Positions 8,881-19,586 of a stretch of DNA of 64,000 bases are shown here, piece after piece (position 1 is the first letter of the stretch; every line of letters begins with the position of its first letter). This stretch comes from a virus. The stretch lies in the UHGV virus genome UHGV-1455077; one strand, 5' to 3'. Under the pieces are notes generated by a model. It was not told the DNA's origin, did not search any database, and saw only the letters and a program-made list of their open reading frames with translations. The position numbers and the translations under genes are program-made.

Positions 8881-10116
8881 GAATTTATAATGTTGAGGAT
8901 ATAATATATAAGGAGCAAATTCATCCGCATATTTTTTTAATTTTTCATCTAAATCTTCATCTTCAATAGCGTTATCAAATTTTTCAATTGATATATATTC
9001 AATACTTAAAGCTCCATCAATTTTACCATCATTATATATTGGAGCTAAAAATATACCTTTAACACCTCGCATATTAAATCTTTCAATAGTATTTGCTCCA
9101 AATTTACTTATATCTGCCGCAATATTACCACTTTTTGACATTATATTTTTAATATTTTTTTCTCTATCATCACTAATCATTTGCACATTTGCAATTTCAC
9201 TTGTTACACCAACAATTGTTGATTCGTAAACTGCTGAATGATAATGTTCTCCATCTTTTGTAAAATATTTAGAAATCATTGCACGAGAACCATTAAATTC
9301 TCTTAAAATTTCATCTAATTTTTCTTTAACAATTAAAGTATAAGTTGGATGAGGTGGTTTTAAAATTGTTTTATAAGATTTACACATTGGTTTTCCATCA
9401 AATAACTCATCTTTTAAATCCCCATTAATAACACCAATCGTTTCACATAAATTATTAAATATTACGTTTAAATAACCATCTATTGTATTAAATGCAAAAT
9501 ACATTTTTGTTGCAGGTGTTGTATCACAACCACGAGAAAATAAATTCTTAACAGAATTAGAAACTAATTTTTCTGTAATATCTGAAAGCATATAAAATTT
9601 ATTTAAAAATTTTACAGGTATCCCTCTTTCTAAAAATTTTCTTTTTTGATTAATGTTATTTTTTGTTAAGCATTCCATTAAATAAGAGCAAGCAACATCA
9701 CAATCTAAATTATCAATATCTATTTCATCAACAAAAGTTTTAAAAGATTCACGAGCATTTTCATATATAATATGAATAACTTCTTTTGCCATTTTTTCTT
9801 TATTTGCCATATAATCTTCATCTTCTGGATGTAAATTATTTTTTAATTTAATTGCATCTATTCCTGTATTTAACCAATAATCTAAATTTCTAAAAATTGG
9901 GTGCTTTAATAAATCTTTTTTGGTATAACTTAAAGAAGTTTTTTTAAAAGTTAATTTATTAATAATAGCTTTAAATAAACCACATATTTGTTCTTTAAAA
10001 TAAACTAAACTAAAAATTGTTAAAAATGCCCAAAAAGAAGGGCCTAAATCTTTAATGTCATTCCATATTAAAAGCCAACCTGAATCGTTTGCTAGTGTTG
10101 GTAAATCTGTCATCAA
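8878..10116 (-). CDS. membrane protein with C-terminal GAF-like domain
   Basis: 412 aa; N-terminal hydrophobic FWAFLTIFSLVYF; C-terminal block resembling GAF sensor fold (judgement from pattern only). Confidence 0.45.
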   Translation of the reverse strand: MMTDLPTLANDSGWLLIWNDIKDLGPSFWAFLTIFSLVYFKEQICGLFKAIINKLTFKKTSLSYTKKDLLKHPIFRNLDYWLNTGIDAIKLKNNLHPEDEDYMANKEKMAKEVIHIIYENARESFKTFVDEIDIDNLDCDVACSYLMECLTKNNINQKRKFLERGIPVKFLNKFYMLSDITEKLVSNSVKNLFSRGCDTTPATKMYFAFNTIDGYLNVIFNNLCETIGVINGDLKDELFDGKPMCKSYKTILKPPHPTYTLIVKEKLDEILREFNGSRAMISKYFTKDGEHYHSAVYESTIVGVTSEIANVQMISDDREKNIKNIMSKSGNIAADISKFGANTIERFNMRGVKGIFLAPIYNDGKIDGALSIEYISIEKFDNAIEDEDLDEKLKKYADEFAPYILYPQHYKF

Positions 10117-10210
10117 CTTATCCTAAAAATTTTCATTACTAGAATTATTTATACATTTTATAAATTCCATAAATATTCTTATTAAAAAGACATTAAACAA
10201 AGGTTAAAAT

Positions 10211-10672
10211 ATGGATAATCAAATTACAAAAAATTTTACTTTATCAGAATTAACATATTCTGATACTGCAAAAGCTAAAAAATTAGATAATACTCCAACA
10301 GAAATTGAATATAATAATATGAAAAATTTATGTGAAAATGTATTGCAACCTTTAAGAGATGCATTAGGAAAACCAATAAGAGTTAATTCTTGTTATCGTG
10401 GAAAACAACTTAATGAAGCTGTCGGTGGTTCAAAAACTTCTCAACATTGTAAAGGTCAAGCTGCTGATATTGAAATTATTGGTATGAGTAATTATGATTT
10501 AGCTTGCTATATTCGTGATAATTTTGATTTTGACCAATTGATTCTTGAATTTACTGATAATATTAAGAATGATATTAATGCTGGTTGGGTTCACGTATCT
10601 TATGTTTCACCAAGTGTTAATCGTAAACAATGTTTAACAATTAATAAGTCTGGAACAAAATTAGGATTTTAA
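10211..10672 (+). CDS. peptidase M15 (D-Ala-D-Ala carboxypeptidase-like) endolysin
   Basis: SCYRGKQLNEAVGGSKTSQHCKGQAADIEI and GWVHVSY zinc-binding H/D/H motifs of M15/VanY-type peptidoglycan peptidases. Confidence 0.7.
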   Translation: MDNQITKNFTLSELTYSDTAKAKKLDNTPTEIEYNNMKNLCENVLQPLRDALGKPIRVNSCYRGKQLNEAVGGSKTSQHCKGQAADIEIIGMSNYDLACYIRDNFDFDQLILEFTDNIKNDINAGWVHVSYVSPSVNRKQCLTINKSGTKLGF

Positions 10673-11058
10673 TACCCACACGCATACCAATCAATCCCAA
10701 ATACAGCATTATTATATAATCTTATATAAGCACTTGATTTTGTTTTTGCCGTAAAATTTACTGGATTATTTGCATAATATTGTTCATCTGTTGAAGAAGT
10801 TGCATTGGAAGTATTTCCAACGATAATATAGTTTGTATTTGAAAAATTTTTTATAAAATAGATATAATTATGAACAAGTTTATGCCCACCTTGTTCAATC
10901 CAGCCATCTGACCAAACACGATACCATTGACTTCCATCTTCTGATTGACCTGTTTCAATAACATATTTCATTGAATTAAGTTTATTAGTTATTTCTTCAA
11001 GTTTATCAAGTAATCCATTAATTCGTTCCATATCTATTTTACTTACATCAGTCATCAA
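10669..11058 (-). CDS. hypothetical protein
   Basis: ORF 129 aa. Confidence 0.4.
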   Translation of the reverse strand: MMTDVSKIDMERINGLLDKLEEITNKLNSMKYVIETGQSEDGSQWYRVWSDGWIEQGGHKLVHNYIYFIKNFSNTNYIIVGNTSNATSSTDEQYYANNPVNFTAKTKSSAYIRLYNNAVFGIDWYACGY

Positions 11059-11100
11059 TTTATCCTTTATTTGTATTTAATAAATACAAATAAACCATTA

Positions 11101-11127
11101 AAAAACCGCCTATATAGGCGGTTTTTT
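11101..11127. terminator. bidirectional rho-independent terminator
   Basis: aaaaaccgcctatataggcggtttttt. Confidence 0.75.
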
Positions 11128-11145
11128 ATAAATATTTTCAACTGA

Positions 11146-12780
11146 TTACATTCCCATTTGTGATGGTTTCATTGCCGACATTAACTTTAAATTAGTTTCT
11201 GTATCATCAATAATTAATCCTTCAACAGTAAGCAATGAACCAGCAATAGATGCTCCGTTTTCCAATGCACAACGAACAACTTTCGTTGCATCAAGAATAC
11301 CTGCTTCAATTAAATCACAGAATTTATCATTACGAGCATCATAACCATATGAATAAGTTTCATTATCTTGAACCTTTTCTACAATTACTTCACCAGTTTT
11401 TCCTGCATTTTCAGCAATTTTTTTCATTGGAGCAGATAAAGAATTAAGAACAATACCATATCCTGTCCATTCATCATCTGTTATAGCAAAATCAAGATTA
11501 TTACTAATTTCTTGATATGCTCTTACAAGAGAAACACCACCACCTGGTAAAATACCTTCTTCAAGTGCCGCTCTCGTTGCACATACAGCATCTTCAACAC
11601 GGTCTTTCTTTTCTTTAACTTCGGTTTCTGTTGCACCACCGACTTTAATAACAGCAACGCCTTTAGTCAATTTTGCAAGTCTTTCACGAAGTTTTTCTTT
11701 ATCATATGAAGATTCAGTATTTTCAATTTCAGCAATTAATTGTTCAGCTCTTTCAGAAACAGCATTTTTATCACCGTGTCCACCAATAATAACTGTTTCA
11801 GTTGGTGAAATACGAATTTTATCACAAGAACCTAATGATTCTATTTTAACATCTTCTAATTTATATCCCATTTGTGTTGAGATAAATTCACCACCTGTTA
11901 AAATTGCAATATCTTCCATTTGAAATTTACGAATATCACCAAATGAAGGAGCTTTAACTGCACAAACTTTTAAACCTGCTTTCATTCTATTAATTACTAA
12001 TGTTGACAAAGGTTCATCAGCCATTTCATCTGAAATAAGAACTAATGGTTGACCAATTTGCATAACATCTTCAAGCAATGGCAAAATAGATTGAATTGTA
12101 TTAATTTTACCATCATATAAAAGAATCAATGGATTATCATATTCAACTAATTGTCTTTCTGCATTAGTCATAAAATATGGAGAAAGATAACCTTGGTCAA
12201 ATTGTAAGCCATCAACAACTTCCAATTCAGTTTTTAATCCTTTTGCTTCCTCAACCGTGACAACACCACGTTCACCAACAATTTCAATAGCTTTAGCAAT
12301 AAAATCTCCAATTTCAGCATCGCCGTTTGCAGAAATAGTTGCTAATTGTCTAATTTCTTCATTAGTTTCAACTTTTTTAGAATGAGATTTTAATACTTCA
12401 ACAACATCTTTAACAGCTATATTAATACCTTGCTGAATTTCAGTTGATTTACGACCTTTTGAAATCCATTTTAAGCCTTCTTCAGCAATTGCAGATGCAA
12501 TAATACAAGTAGCTGTTGTTCCATCACCTGCATCTCTATTTGTTTTTTCAGAAGCCTGAACAATTAATTTTGCTCCTTCACCTTCTGCATCCATTAAAGT
12601 AATAGATTTTGCAACTGTTACACCATCTTTAGTAACTTTTGGTGTTCCCCAAGACTGTTGAATTGCAATTGTTCTACCACCAGGGCCTGATGTTTGTGCA
12701 ACAACATCAGAAACTGTTTTTAATCCTTTATATAGCTCTGTACGAGCTTCATCGCCTTTAATAACTTTTTTAATTGGCAT
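11146..12780 (-). CDS. groEL: chaperonin GroEL (phage-encoded, no C-terminal GGM repeat tail)
   Basis: 544 aa; hallmark GDGTTTATV-type motif ([12 protein letters not shown]) and LPGGGV; ends KPSQMGM instead of (GGM)n. Confidence 0.9.
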   Translation of the reverse strand: MPIKKVIKGDEARTELYKGLKTVSDVVAQTSGPGGRTIAIQQSWGTPKVTKDGVTVAKSITLMDAEGEGAKLIVQASEKTNRDAGDGTTATCIIASAIAEEGLKWISKGRKSTEIQQGINIAVKDVVEVLKSHSKKVETNEEIRQLATISANGDAEIGDFIAKAIEIVGERGVVTVEEAKGLKTELEVVDGLQFDQGYLSPYFMTNAERQLVEYDNPLILLYDGKINTIQSILPLLEDVMQIGQPLVLISDEMADEPLSTLVINRMKAGLKVCAVKAPSFGDIRKFQMEDIAILTGGEFISTQMGYKLEDVKIESLGSCDKIRISPTETVIIGGHGDKNAVSERAEQLIAEIENTESSYDKEKLRERLAKLTKGVAVIKVGGATETEVKEKKDRVEDAVCATRAALEEGILPGGGVSLVRAYQEISNNLDFAITDDEWTGYGIVLNSLSAPMKKIAENAGKTGEVIVEKVQDNETYSYGYDARNDKFCDLIEAGILDATKVVRCALENGASIAGSLLTVEGLIIDDTETNLKLMSAMKPSQMGM

Positions 12781-12840
12781 ATTTTTAACTCCTTATTTTA
12801 ACTTTTCTATTATATTATAAATTATTTTATAAATGCAATA

Positions 12841-13143
12841 TTAATGTAAAATACCTAAAATATCAGTTTCTCTTAAAATGGTTTTTTCTTCTCCATTTAA
12901 TTTGATAACTTGACCAGCAAATTTACCAAATAAAACTCTATCACCAACTTTAACAGTCATTGGCATTGTTTTACCTGTTTCTTCATTATATAAACCATTT
13001 CCACAAGCAATTACAACACCTGTTGATGGTTTTTCCTTGGCATTATCAGGAATAATAATACCTCGGTCAGATACTCCTTTTTCTTCATCTTTTTCAACAA
13101 CCACAAAATTAAATAATGGTTGAATTTCTAATTTATTTTCCAT
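12841..13143 (-). CDS. groES: co-chaperonin GroES
   Basis: 100 aa; GroES pattern ...IIIPDNAKEKPSTGVVIACGNG...; immediately upstream of groEL in operon order. Confidence 0.85.
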   Translation of the reverse strand: MENKLEIQPLFNFVVVEKDEEKGVSDRGIIIPDNAKEKPSTGVVIACGNGLYNEETGKTMPMTVKVGDRVLFGKFAGQVIKLNGEEKTILRETDILGILH

Positions 13144-13157
13144 AATATTTTCTCCAT

Positions 13158-13190
13158 AAAAAAATAAGCTAACTTGTTTGTTAGCTTATT
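13158..13190 (-). terminator. rho-independent terminator between 13228..13782 and groES
   Basis: ataagctaacttgtttgttagcttat followed by T-run on minus strand. Confidence 0.6.
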
Positions 13191-13227
13191 ATAACGGAGA
13201 ATGAAAATGATTGTCAAAAATAAAAAA

Positions 13228-13782
13228 TTATTTTTTTATTTCTTTACCCATAGTTGATAAATCAAAATCTTTTGAAGGGTCTTTCATAAAAGTTTGATTA
13301 AATAAATTTGTTTCATCTGTCATATTTTTATAATTAATTAAAACTTTTTCAAAATATGTAACCAATTCTTGTCTTGTTGGAAACTTTTTATATTTTTTAA
13401 AAAATCTTGATAATTTTGGTAAAATAAGTTCTTGTTGAAATGGTATATAAATATCGTTTGTTTGAACATCATTTCCGTCTGTTTCTAAATAGAACATAGG
13501 GATAACAAACTCATATCCTAATAAAATTTTCTTAAATCTTGAATTATCAATAGTTCCACGAGTACCAATGCCAAATGCAATTGTAATTCTTCCTGTTCCA
13601 AAAACTTCTTTAATTACTTCATTAATGAAATTTAGTTTTTTAAAAGAAATATCTTTTGAAAGTTGTTTATAATTTCTGTTAGCCTTAATCGCTGTTCTAA
13701 TTTTTAGTTTATTAAAAATTTTCGAACCATTTTGTTTTTTATTCCATACATTTTTAACTATAAGCATAATATTTTCTTTCAA
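13228..13782 (-). CDS. hypothetical protein
   Basis: ORF 184 aa. Confidence 0.45.
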   Translation of the reverse strand: MKENIMLIVKNVWNKKQNGSKIFNKLKIRTAIKANRNYKQLSKDISFKKLNFINEVIKEVFGTGRITIAFGIGTRGTIDNSRFKKILLGYEFVIPMFYLETDGNDVQTNDIYIPFQQELILPKLSRFFKKYKKFPTRQELVTYFEKVLINYKNMTDETNLFNQTFMKDPSKDFDLSTMGKEIKK

Positions 13783-13845
13783 AAAAAATTAGCACCATTG
13801 CTGATGCTAATTTATTATTATATTTTTTAGTTGTCAAGAACTTTT

Positions 13846-15657
13846 TTAGTTCCATTGTAAATGCCAATAGAATGTTGTTCCTGTACTATCATTTGTAACT
13901 CTGGCAATTGAAAACTTTTTAGTTGATTCAAAATAATTCATTACTTGTTGCATTTCATCTTGTAATACATCATTTTCAATTAATTGTTTCCAAACCTGAT
14001 AATATTTTTTAGACATTGTTGGAGCTTCCATTACATAATTAACTTCAGGAACTTCTGTATATGTACCCCCATTTATTAATTTTGTTTCTAAAATTTTATC
14101 ATTAACAATTCTAACTGTTGCATTTGCATCGCCATCATTAAAGACAACACTTGTTGGATACATATAACCATCACCATAATTATCCATAACAATATATTTA
14201 ATTGTCCATTCTAAATCTGTATCTACTGGTATACGACCTAATAAATAATCATTTAAATTCCATACTTTATTAACAAGTGTCCAATGACCTGCAATTTTAA
14301 CATAAGTTGTATATGCTTCTAATTCTCCAGAATATGCTACAACATCGTGGTCTTCACCCCAATCATCATAAAGTTTAATTTGGTCAAATCTATATTCATT
14401 TTCTGTTTCAACCCAAGACCCATTAATTTTAATTCTATAACGACCTTCATCCCAAATGAATATATCTAAATTTTCACCAAATACATCTGGTGGTAAATTA
14501 TCCCAATCATATTCAACTACAATTTCTTGCCAGATACGATGGCAACATTTATACACTTTATGAGGTATACGATTTATAATATTTCCATCTTCATCATATA
14601 CTAATTCATTGTAATAGCCAACATCATAATCTAAACCATCTTCTGCGGTTGGTTTTCTATCTCCAAAATTCCAAATATTATGTGATAAATTCCATCCACA
14701 ATTTGTTTTTACATAATTTTTTCCAAATACATTATAACAAACTGTTCCTTCAACTCCAAAATTAAATGGTAATTTAAAAGTTTTATAATCATATATTGTT
14801 GAAACTTCAACCCAACCGTCAGATGTTTTTACATATATTTTATCTTGCTCTTTTGTATAAGTATCACTAATCATACCAAATGCTTCTGGTGGTAAAGAAT
14901 TTATATCATAAATTGTTCCAATAGGAAACCAATCAGTTTCACCTGGATATATACTATTACCATTTAAATCTTTAACTTGTTGTTCATTATCTCTTGTAAT
15001 TTGTAAATCTGAAATTAAACCATAATCTGAATCTATATCTAACCAAACAGAATCTCCTGGTTTTATTGTTTCATCATTCCAATATTTCATATTTTTATAA
15101 ACTAATTTAGCCGTATCAAAAATAGTTGTATATTCTCCACGATTAACAATTTCTAAATTAATAATATCTCCGTTATCATTAATTTCTGAAACTCTAAATT
15201 CTAATGGAATAGAATTATTATCATCTTTAACTTGTAAAACTTCTCCAACTCTAAAATAGTTTTTTGGATATATTTTACCAGCAGAATCACCTGCATTTGC
15301 AAAATTTTCAAAAATATTAGTTTCAGAATTACCCCCATCAATAATTTCTTCAAATAATTCAGTTTCAGAATTACCACCATCTACATATTTAATTAATGGT
15401 GAATTATTTAAATCTTCATTTTCATAATCTTTATGAATAGTAACTTTTGATAATTCCATTATACAATGAGATTTTGCTTCTTTAATTGGGTCTGCAAATT
15501 CACGAGCATCTGTCATTACTGTATTATATACATCACATTCAAATTGATTTTCGTCAACCGCTTGCATAATATATTCTTCAATATCATTAATCTCTTTTAA
15601 AATACGAGATTTATTTCGGGCATATTGTTTAGCTTCAGTTGCATTATAAAAATCCAT
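13846..15657 (-). CDS. hypothetical large Trp/Tyr-rich protein (possible virion protein)
   Basis: 603 aa; late-type motif AATAAATAAT 34 nt upstream. Confidence 0.45.
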   Translation of the reverse strand: MDFYNATEAKQYARNKSRILKEINDIEEYIMQAVDENQFECDVYNTVMTDAREFADPIKEAKSHCIMELSKVTIHKDYENEDLNNSPLIKYVDGGNSETELFEEIIDGGNSETNIFENFANAGDSAGKIYPKNYFRVGEVLQVKDDNNSIPLEFRVSEINDNGDIINLEIVNRGEYTTIFDTAKLVYKNMKYWNDETIKPGDSVWLDIDSDYGLISDLQITRDNEQQVKDLNGNSIYPGETDWFPIGTIYDINSLPPEAFGMISDTYTKEQDKIYVKTSDGWVEVSTIYDYKTFKLPFNFGVEGTVCYNVFGKNYVKTNCGWNLSHNIWNFGDRKPTAEDGLDYDVGYYNELVYDEDGNIINRIPHKVYKCCHRIWQEIVVEYDWDNLPPDVFGENLDIFIWDEGRYRIKINGSWVETENEYRFDQIKLYDDWGEDHDVVAYSGELEAYTTYVKIAGHWTLVNKVWNLNDYLLGRIPVDTDLEWTIKYIVMDNYGDGYMYPTSVVFNDGDANATVRIVNDKILETKLINGGTYTEVPEVNYVMEAPTMSKKYYQVWKQLIENDVLQDEMQQVMNYFESTKKFSIARVTNDSTGTTFYWHLQWN

Positions 15658-15706
15658 TGCTTTATTCCTTATATCATAAACTTTATAATATTATTTATTG
15701 ATATAA

Positions 15707-15737
15707 AAAAACCGAGAAGTTATAACTTCTCGGTTTT
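15707..15737. terminator. bidirectional rho-independent terminator
   Basis: aaaaccgagaagttataacttctcggtttt. Confidence 0.75.
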
Positions 15738-15739
15738 GA

Positions 15740-16288
15740 TTATTTTTTAAATGCCTTTAATGGAATATCAATTTTAATTTGTTTTCCTTCAATTTGACAT
15801 AAAACCGAAGATTCATTTAATGTTAAACAAGGCTTGATTTCTTTAACAACATAATTAACATTTGAAGCTCTTGCCCCTTTATGAATAAAATAGTAGTTAT
15901 CATTTTCATTTAAAACAATATTTTTAGCTGGGATAATATCACCAACATTTATTGTTTCTGAAATATTAATAACTTCTGTATATTCTTTAGATTCAGAAGT
16001 CATTTTTTCTCCAGCTTGGTCAACAGCAGTATCGTGAATTTCATCTTGTGTATCATCTTCTTCATTTTGTTTTTGACCATCAATAATAATTTTATCGTCA
16101 ATAATTTCAGTTACTGCTTTATTATTTGATAATACGTCTTCTAAACCTTGTTCATCAAGCTCAACTCTATATTTTTTATTTAATAAAAGTAAAAAGTTAA
16201 CAGTTGATAATACTTTTACTCCGTGTGAACGTAAAAGATAAATTAAGCTATTAATATTTTGAATTATTCTATCTTCAAAATTAGCCAC
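15740..16288 (-). CDS. hypothetical protein
   Basis: ORF 182 aa. Confidence 0.4.
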   Translation of the reverse strand: MANFEDRIIQNINSLIYLLRSHGVKVLSTVNFLLLLNKKYRVELDEQGLEDVLSNNKAVTEIIDDKIIIDGQKQNEEDDTQDEIHDTAVDQAGEKMTSESKEYTEVINISETINVGDIIPAKNIVLNENDNYYFIHKGARASNVNYVVKEIKPCLTLNESSVLCQIEGKQIKIDIPLKAFKK

Positions 16289-16290
16289 GA

Positions 16291-16743
16291 TTATTTTTCC
16301 TCTCTATCAATTTCTTCAATTTCAATATCATCTAAATCTAAATCATCATCAGCATTAGGGTCAAATTCATTGAAATCTTCATCTCCACCAAAGTCGTCTT
16401 CAAAATCTCCCATATCTGAATCAACAGAATCTCCAATATTGTCACCATTAAACAATTTAACAACTTCATTATCAATCTCACCTTTAATATCAGTAATTGA
16501 ATTAATGATAGTGTCTAATTTTTGACTAATTGAATCATTAAAAGAATCTGCTTTTTCAATATCACCATCATATTTGATTTTTTTAACTAAATTTGCTAAA
16601 TCTTTAGTTTTAATGTTTGAAATTTTTTCAATCATATTTTGTAATTCATCAGAGATTGATTCAACAGCCAATGCTAATTCAGTTGATTTAATTTCTGATT
16701 CACATAAATTTTTAATAAAATTTGATTTCATTTGTTTCTCCAT
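16291..16743 (-). CDS. hypothetical protein with strongly acidic C-terminal tail
   Basis: 150 aa; C-terminus DSDMGDFEDDFGGDEDFNEFDPNADDDLDLDDIEIEEIDREEK. Confidence 0.45.
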   Translation of the reverse strand: MEKQMKSNFIKNLCESEIKSTELALAVESISDELQNMIEKISNIKTKDLANLVKKIKYDGDIEKADSFNDSISQKLDTIINSITDIKGEIDNEVVKLFNGDNIGDSVDSDMGDFEDDFGGDEDFNEFDPNADDDLDLDDIEIEEIDREEK

Positions 16744-16814
16744 ATTAATTTGAACATTTATAATTATATTTATATAAAAAAATCTAAACCTCTTTATCCA
16801 GATAATAAAATATA

Positions 16815-16843
16815 TTGACTTTTATATTGACAATGTTTATTAT
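16815..16843 (+). promoter_or_regulatory. sigma70-like early promoter for primase (TTGACT-N17-TATTAT)
   Basis: ttgacttttatattgacaatgtttattat 27 nt upstream of ATG. Confidence 0.4.
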
Positions 16844-16869
16844 ACTACTAAAAATTTGAGAAAAAATTT

Positions 16870-17871
16870 ATGAATGATATTTTAGAAACAATATATAACT
16901 TATTACCATCAGATAAAAAACAACGGAATAATGGGTGGATTTTTTTTAATTGCCCATCTTGTTATCATACAGAAAATCCAGATACTAAACATCGTGGAAA
17001 TATTTTATTTACAGATGATGGTTTTGTTTATCAATGTTTTAATTGTAAATTTAAATGTGGATTTACATTAGGTCAATATCTTTCTAAAGATACTACTCAA
17101 TGGTTAAAAGATTTAGGAATTTCAACAAAAGATTTAAATGATTTAAGATTAAAAATTAGAGAATATAATGAAGCAAATTCTGAAAAGCCAAAAGATTCTA
17201 AAATTATTATTAAAAAAAGAGAAATTAAGCAAATTCCTACTGGATATAAATCTATAATTAAATCTTTAAATGAAGGTGAAAATTCATATACTTTTATGGA
17301 AGTATTGAAATATATCAATAATAGAAATCCATATCTATTGGAATGGACAGATTTATTATGGTGTCCAAAACAATTTAATTTTTTAATACCTTGTTATGAA
17401 TATGAAGAAATTGTTGGTTATTCATTAAGAAAATTAACTGATGAAACAAATAACAAATATATTCATTATATACCAACAGGATATATTTATAATTACGATA
17501 ATTTATTAAAGCCACGCAAATATGAAATCGTTTGTGAAGGGCAAACAGATGCAATTGCAATTAATGGTGTATCAATATTAAGTAATACTTTTACTCCAGA
17601 AAGATTAAAAAGAATTTTACCATTCGTTAATGATAAAGAAATTATATTATTACCTGATAGAGATAAAAGTGGCAATAAAATGGTTCAACAATTATTAGAA
17701 GAAAACTTACCTTTTAGTGTTGCTTTTCCAAATTGGGAAAGAGGAATAAAAGATGCTGAACAAGCCGCTAAAAAATATGGAAGATTATATACAATTTACA
17801 GTATATTAAATTCTAAGGAGAATAATAAAGAATTAATTAAAATGAAATCATTAAAATGGTTTAGTATATAA
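16870..17871 (+). CDS. DNA primase, T4 gp61-like (zinc ribbon + Toprim)
   Basis: FFNCPSCYH...CFNCKFKCGF zinc-binding; Toprim acidic motifs IVCEGQTDAIA and LPDRDKSG. Confidence 0.75.
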   Translation: MNDILETIYNLLPSDKKQRNNGWIFFNCPSCYHTENPDTKHRGNILFTDDGFVYQCFNCKFKCGFTLGQYLSKDTTQWLKDLGISTKDLNDLRLKIREYNEANSEKPKDSKIIIKKREIKQIPTGYKSIIKSLNEGENSYTFMEVLKYINNRNPYLLEWTDLLWCPKQFNFLIPCYEYEEIVGYSLRKLTDETNNKYIHYIPTGYIYNYDNLLKPRKYEIVCEGQTDAIAINGVSILSNTFTPERLKRILPFVNDKEIILLPDRDKSGNKMVQQLLEENLPFSVAFPNWERGIKDAEQAAKKYGRLYTIYSILNSKENNKELIKMKSLKWFSI

Positions 17872-17881
17872 AGGAAATAAA

Positions 17882-18214
17882 ATGGGTAAAATAAACATTG
17901 AAACTATAAAAGATAAAAACTATACAATGATAAAATGTGAAGATGAAGATAGTGATGATATAATAATTGGATATAAATCAAATGATAATAATGAATTCGA
18001 ATCTAAAGCATTTTATTTACCAATCATTCCATATGGATATTATTATAAATTAACAAAAGATGTTGATTTAGAAGATGACATTGTATATGCTATGGATGGA
18101 TATAGAACCAAATATGTTAATGGTGTTAAAGTTGGCGTAATGTCTGATGAAGATTTAAAATGGTATGAAGAAAATGTCAAAGAAATTAATATAGAGGAAA
18201 TATATGGCAAATAG
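17882..18214 (+). CDS. hypothetical protein
   Basis: ORF 110 aa. Confidence 0.4.
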   Translation: MGKINIETIKDKNYTMIKCEDEDSDDIIIGYKSNDNNEFESKAFYLPIIPYGYYYKLTKDVDLEDDIVYAMDGYRTKYVNGVKVGVMSDEDLKWYEENVKEINIEEIYGK

Positions 18215-18425
18215 TTTATTATTAAATAGTGATTTAGCATATAATAAAATTAAAGATAATTTATCAAAAGATATTAAAAATTCAATATTAAAAGAAGAAT
18301 TTTGTTCATTTTTAGATAAATTACGAAACAAATTTAAAAATGAAAATTTTAGTTCATATGATATAGTGTTTTTTAATAAAATTTTATTGCCTTTAACTAA
18401 AAAAGTTTATCAATTAAAGGAGTAA
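18204..18425 (+). CDS. hypothetical small protein
   Basis: ORF 73 aa. Confidence 0.35.
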   Translation: MANSLLLNSDLAYNKIKDNLSKDIKNSILKEEFCSFLDKLRNKFKNENFSSYDIVFFNKILLPLTKKVYQLKE

Positions 18426-18428
18426 AAA

Positions 18429-18947
18429 ATGAATTTATTTACAATAAGCGATAATACACAATACTGTGCAAGAAATTTAGATGATGTATTATTAAGAAAA
18501 ACAATTGTTGAAGCGGCACAAATGCTTTCAACAGCAATTATAATTAATGATAAAATTAAAGATAAACCAGAAGGAATTTATAAAAAATATAATGCTAATG
18601 AAGAACATAACCAATGGGTTAGAGAATCAAAATATAACTATAAGTGGACATATATGTATCTTATTGATTGCTTAAATGAATATCAATATAGATTTGATAA
18701 GACACACGATACTCATAAATTAGCCTTTATATTTCCACAATATGAAAATTATTTTCCATTAATTGATATGACTCCATTTACTCGTAAATTTAATCAAAAT
18801 TATGAAAATTATAATCAATTGATGGAAACTAAAAATACGTGTAATGCTTATAAACAGTATTTAATTACAAAATGGAAAAAAGAAACTTTAGATGGTAAAG
18901 CACCAATATGGACAAAACGAGAAAAACCTGATTTTTATAAAGGATAA
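18429..18947 (+). CDS. hypothetical protein
   Basis: ORF 172 aa. Confidence 0.4.
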   Translation: MNLFTISDNTQYCARNLDDVLLRKTIVEAAQMLSTAIIINDKIKDKPEGIYKKYNANEEHNQWVRESKYNYKWTYMYLIDCLNEYQYRFDKTHDTHKLAFIFPQYENYFPLIDMTPFTRKFNQNYENYNQLMETKNTCNAYKQYLITKWKKETLDGKAPIWTKREKPDFYKG

Positions 18948-18950
18948 AAA

Positions 18951-19586
18951 ATGATTATTGAAAAATTAATTGAATTGCATAAAATTCCATCATACACTTT
19001 AGATGGCTGGGAATTAAAAGGTAATCCCATTATAACTTTAGCAAGTTATCAATATAATGGAACTGAATTAAGTCAAGTTAATAATAAAATTATGCAACCT
19101 ATTATAAAATATATTGATATTAATAAATCTAATGAATCTATTATTAAAAAATTATTAATAGATTTATGGAATAATATGTCTTTTCGAGAAGAATTTTATG
19201 AAGTATATCATCGTTTAAAAAGGGAGAAAAACATTAAAAATATCACATATGCAACTAATGAATATTCTCAATTAAGAGAAGATGATATTCAAATAGAATG
19301 GAAAGAAAATAATACTTATAATTCATTTTATGATAATGATTTTTATCCATTTAATGTTAATAAAATAAATGATATTGATGATTTTAAAGTATATATAGAT
19401 ACTATTAAATGCCCTTTCTGTGGATATGATACAAAATTACCTGCAAATTCACCTTTATTCATATCATTACAAAAAGATTTTATCTGTCCAAAATGTAATA
19501 AAATCATTATTCAACATTCTCCTATAACAACATATTGCTTAGATGATGAAAAAATAATTAAAGAATTAGGATTAAAAAATGAGTAA
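18951..19586 (+). CDS. hypothetical protein with C-terminal zinc ribbon
   Basis: 211 aa; CPFCGY...CPKC. Confidence 0.4.
   Translation: MIIEKLIELHKIPSYTLDGWELKGNPIITLASYQYNGTELSQVNNKIMQPIIKYIDINKSNESIIKKLLIDLWNNMSFREEFYEVYHRLKREKNIKNITYATNEYSQLREDDIQIEWKENNTYNSFYDNDFYPFNVNKINDIDDFKVYIDTIKCPFCGYDTKLPANSPLFISLQKDFICPKCNKIIIQHSPITTYCLDDEKIIKELGLKNE

Noticed and set aside
16259-16525. Ser-rich 88-aa plus ORF
   Set aside because: Antisense shadow of the acidic gene 16291..16743; pure Ser/Lys low complexity
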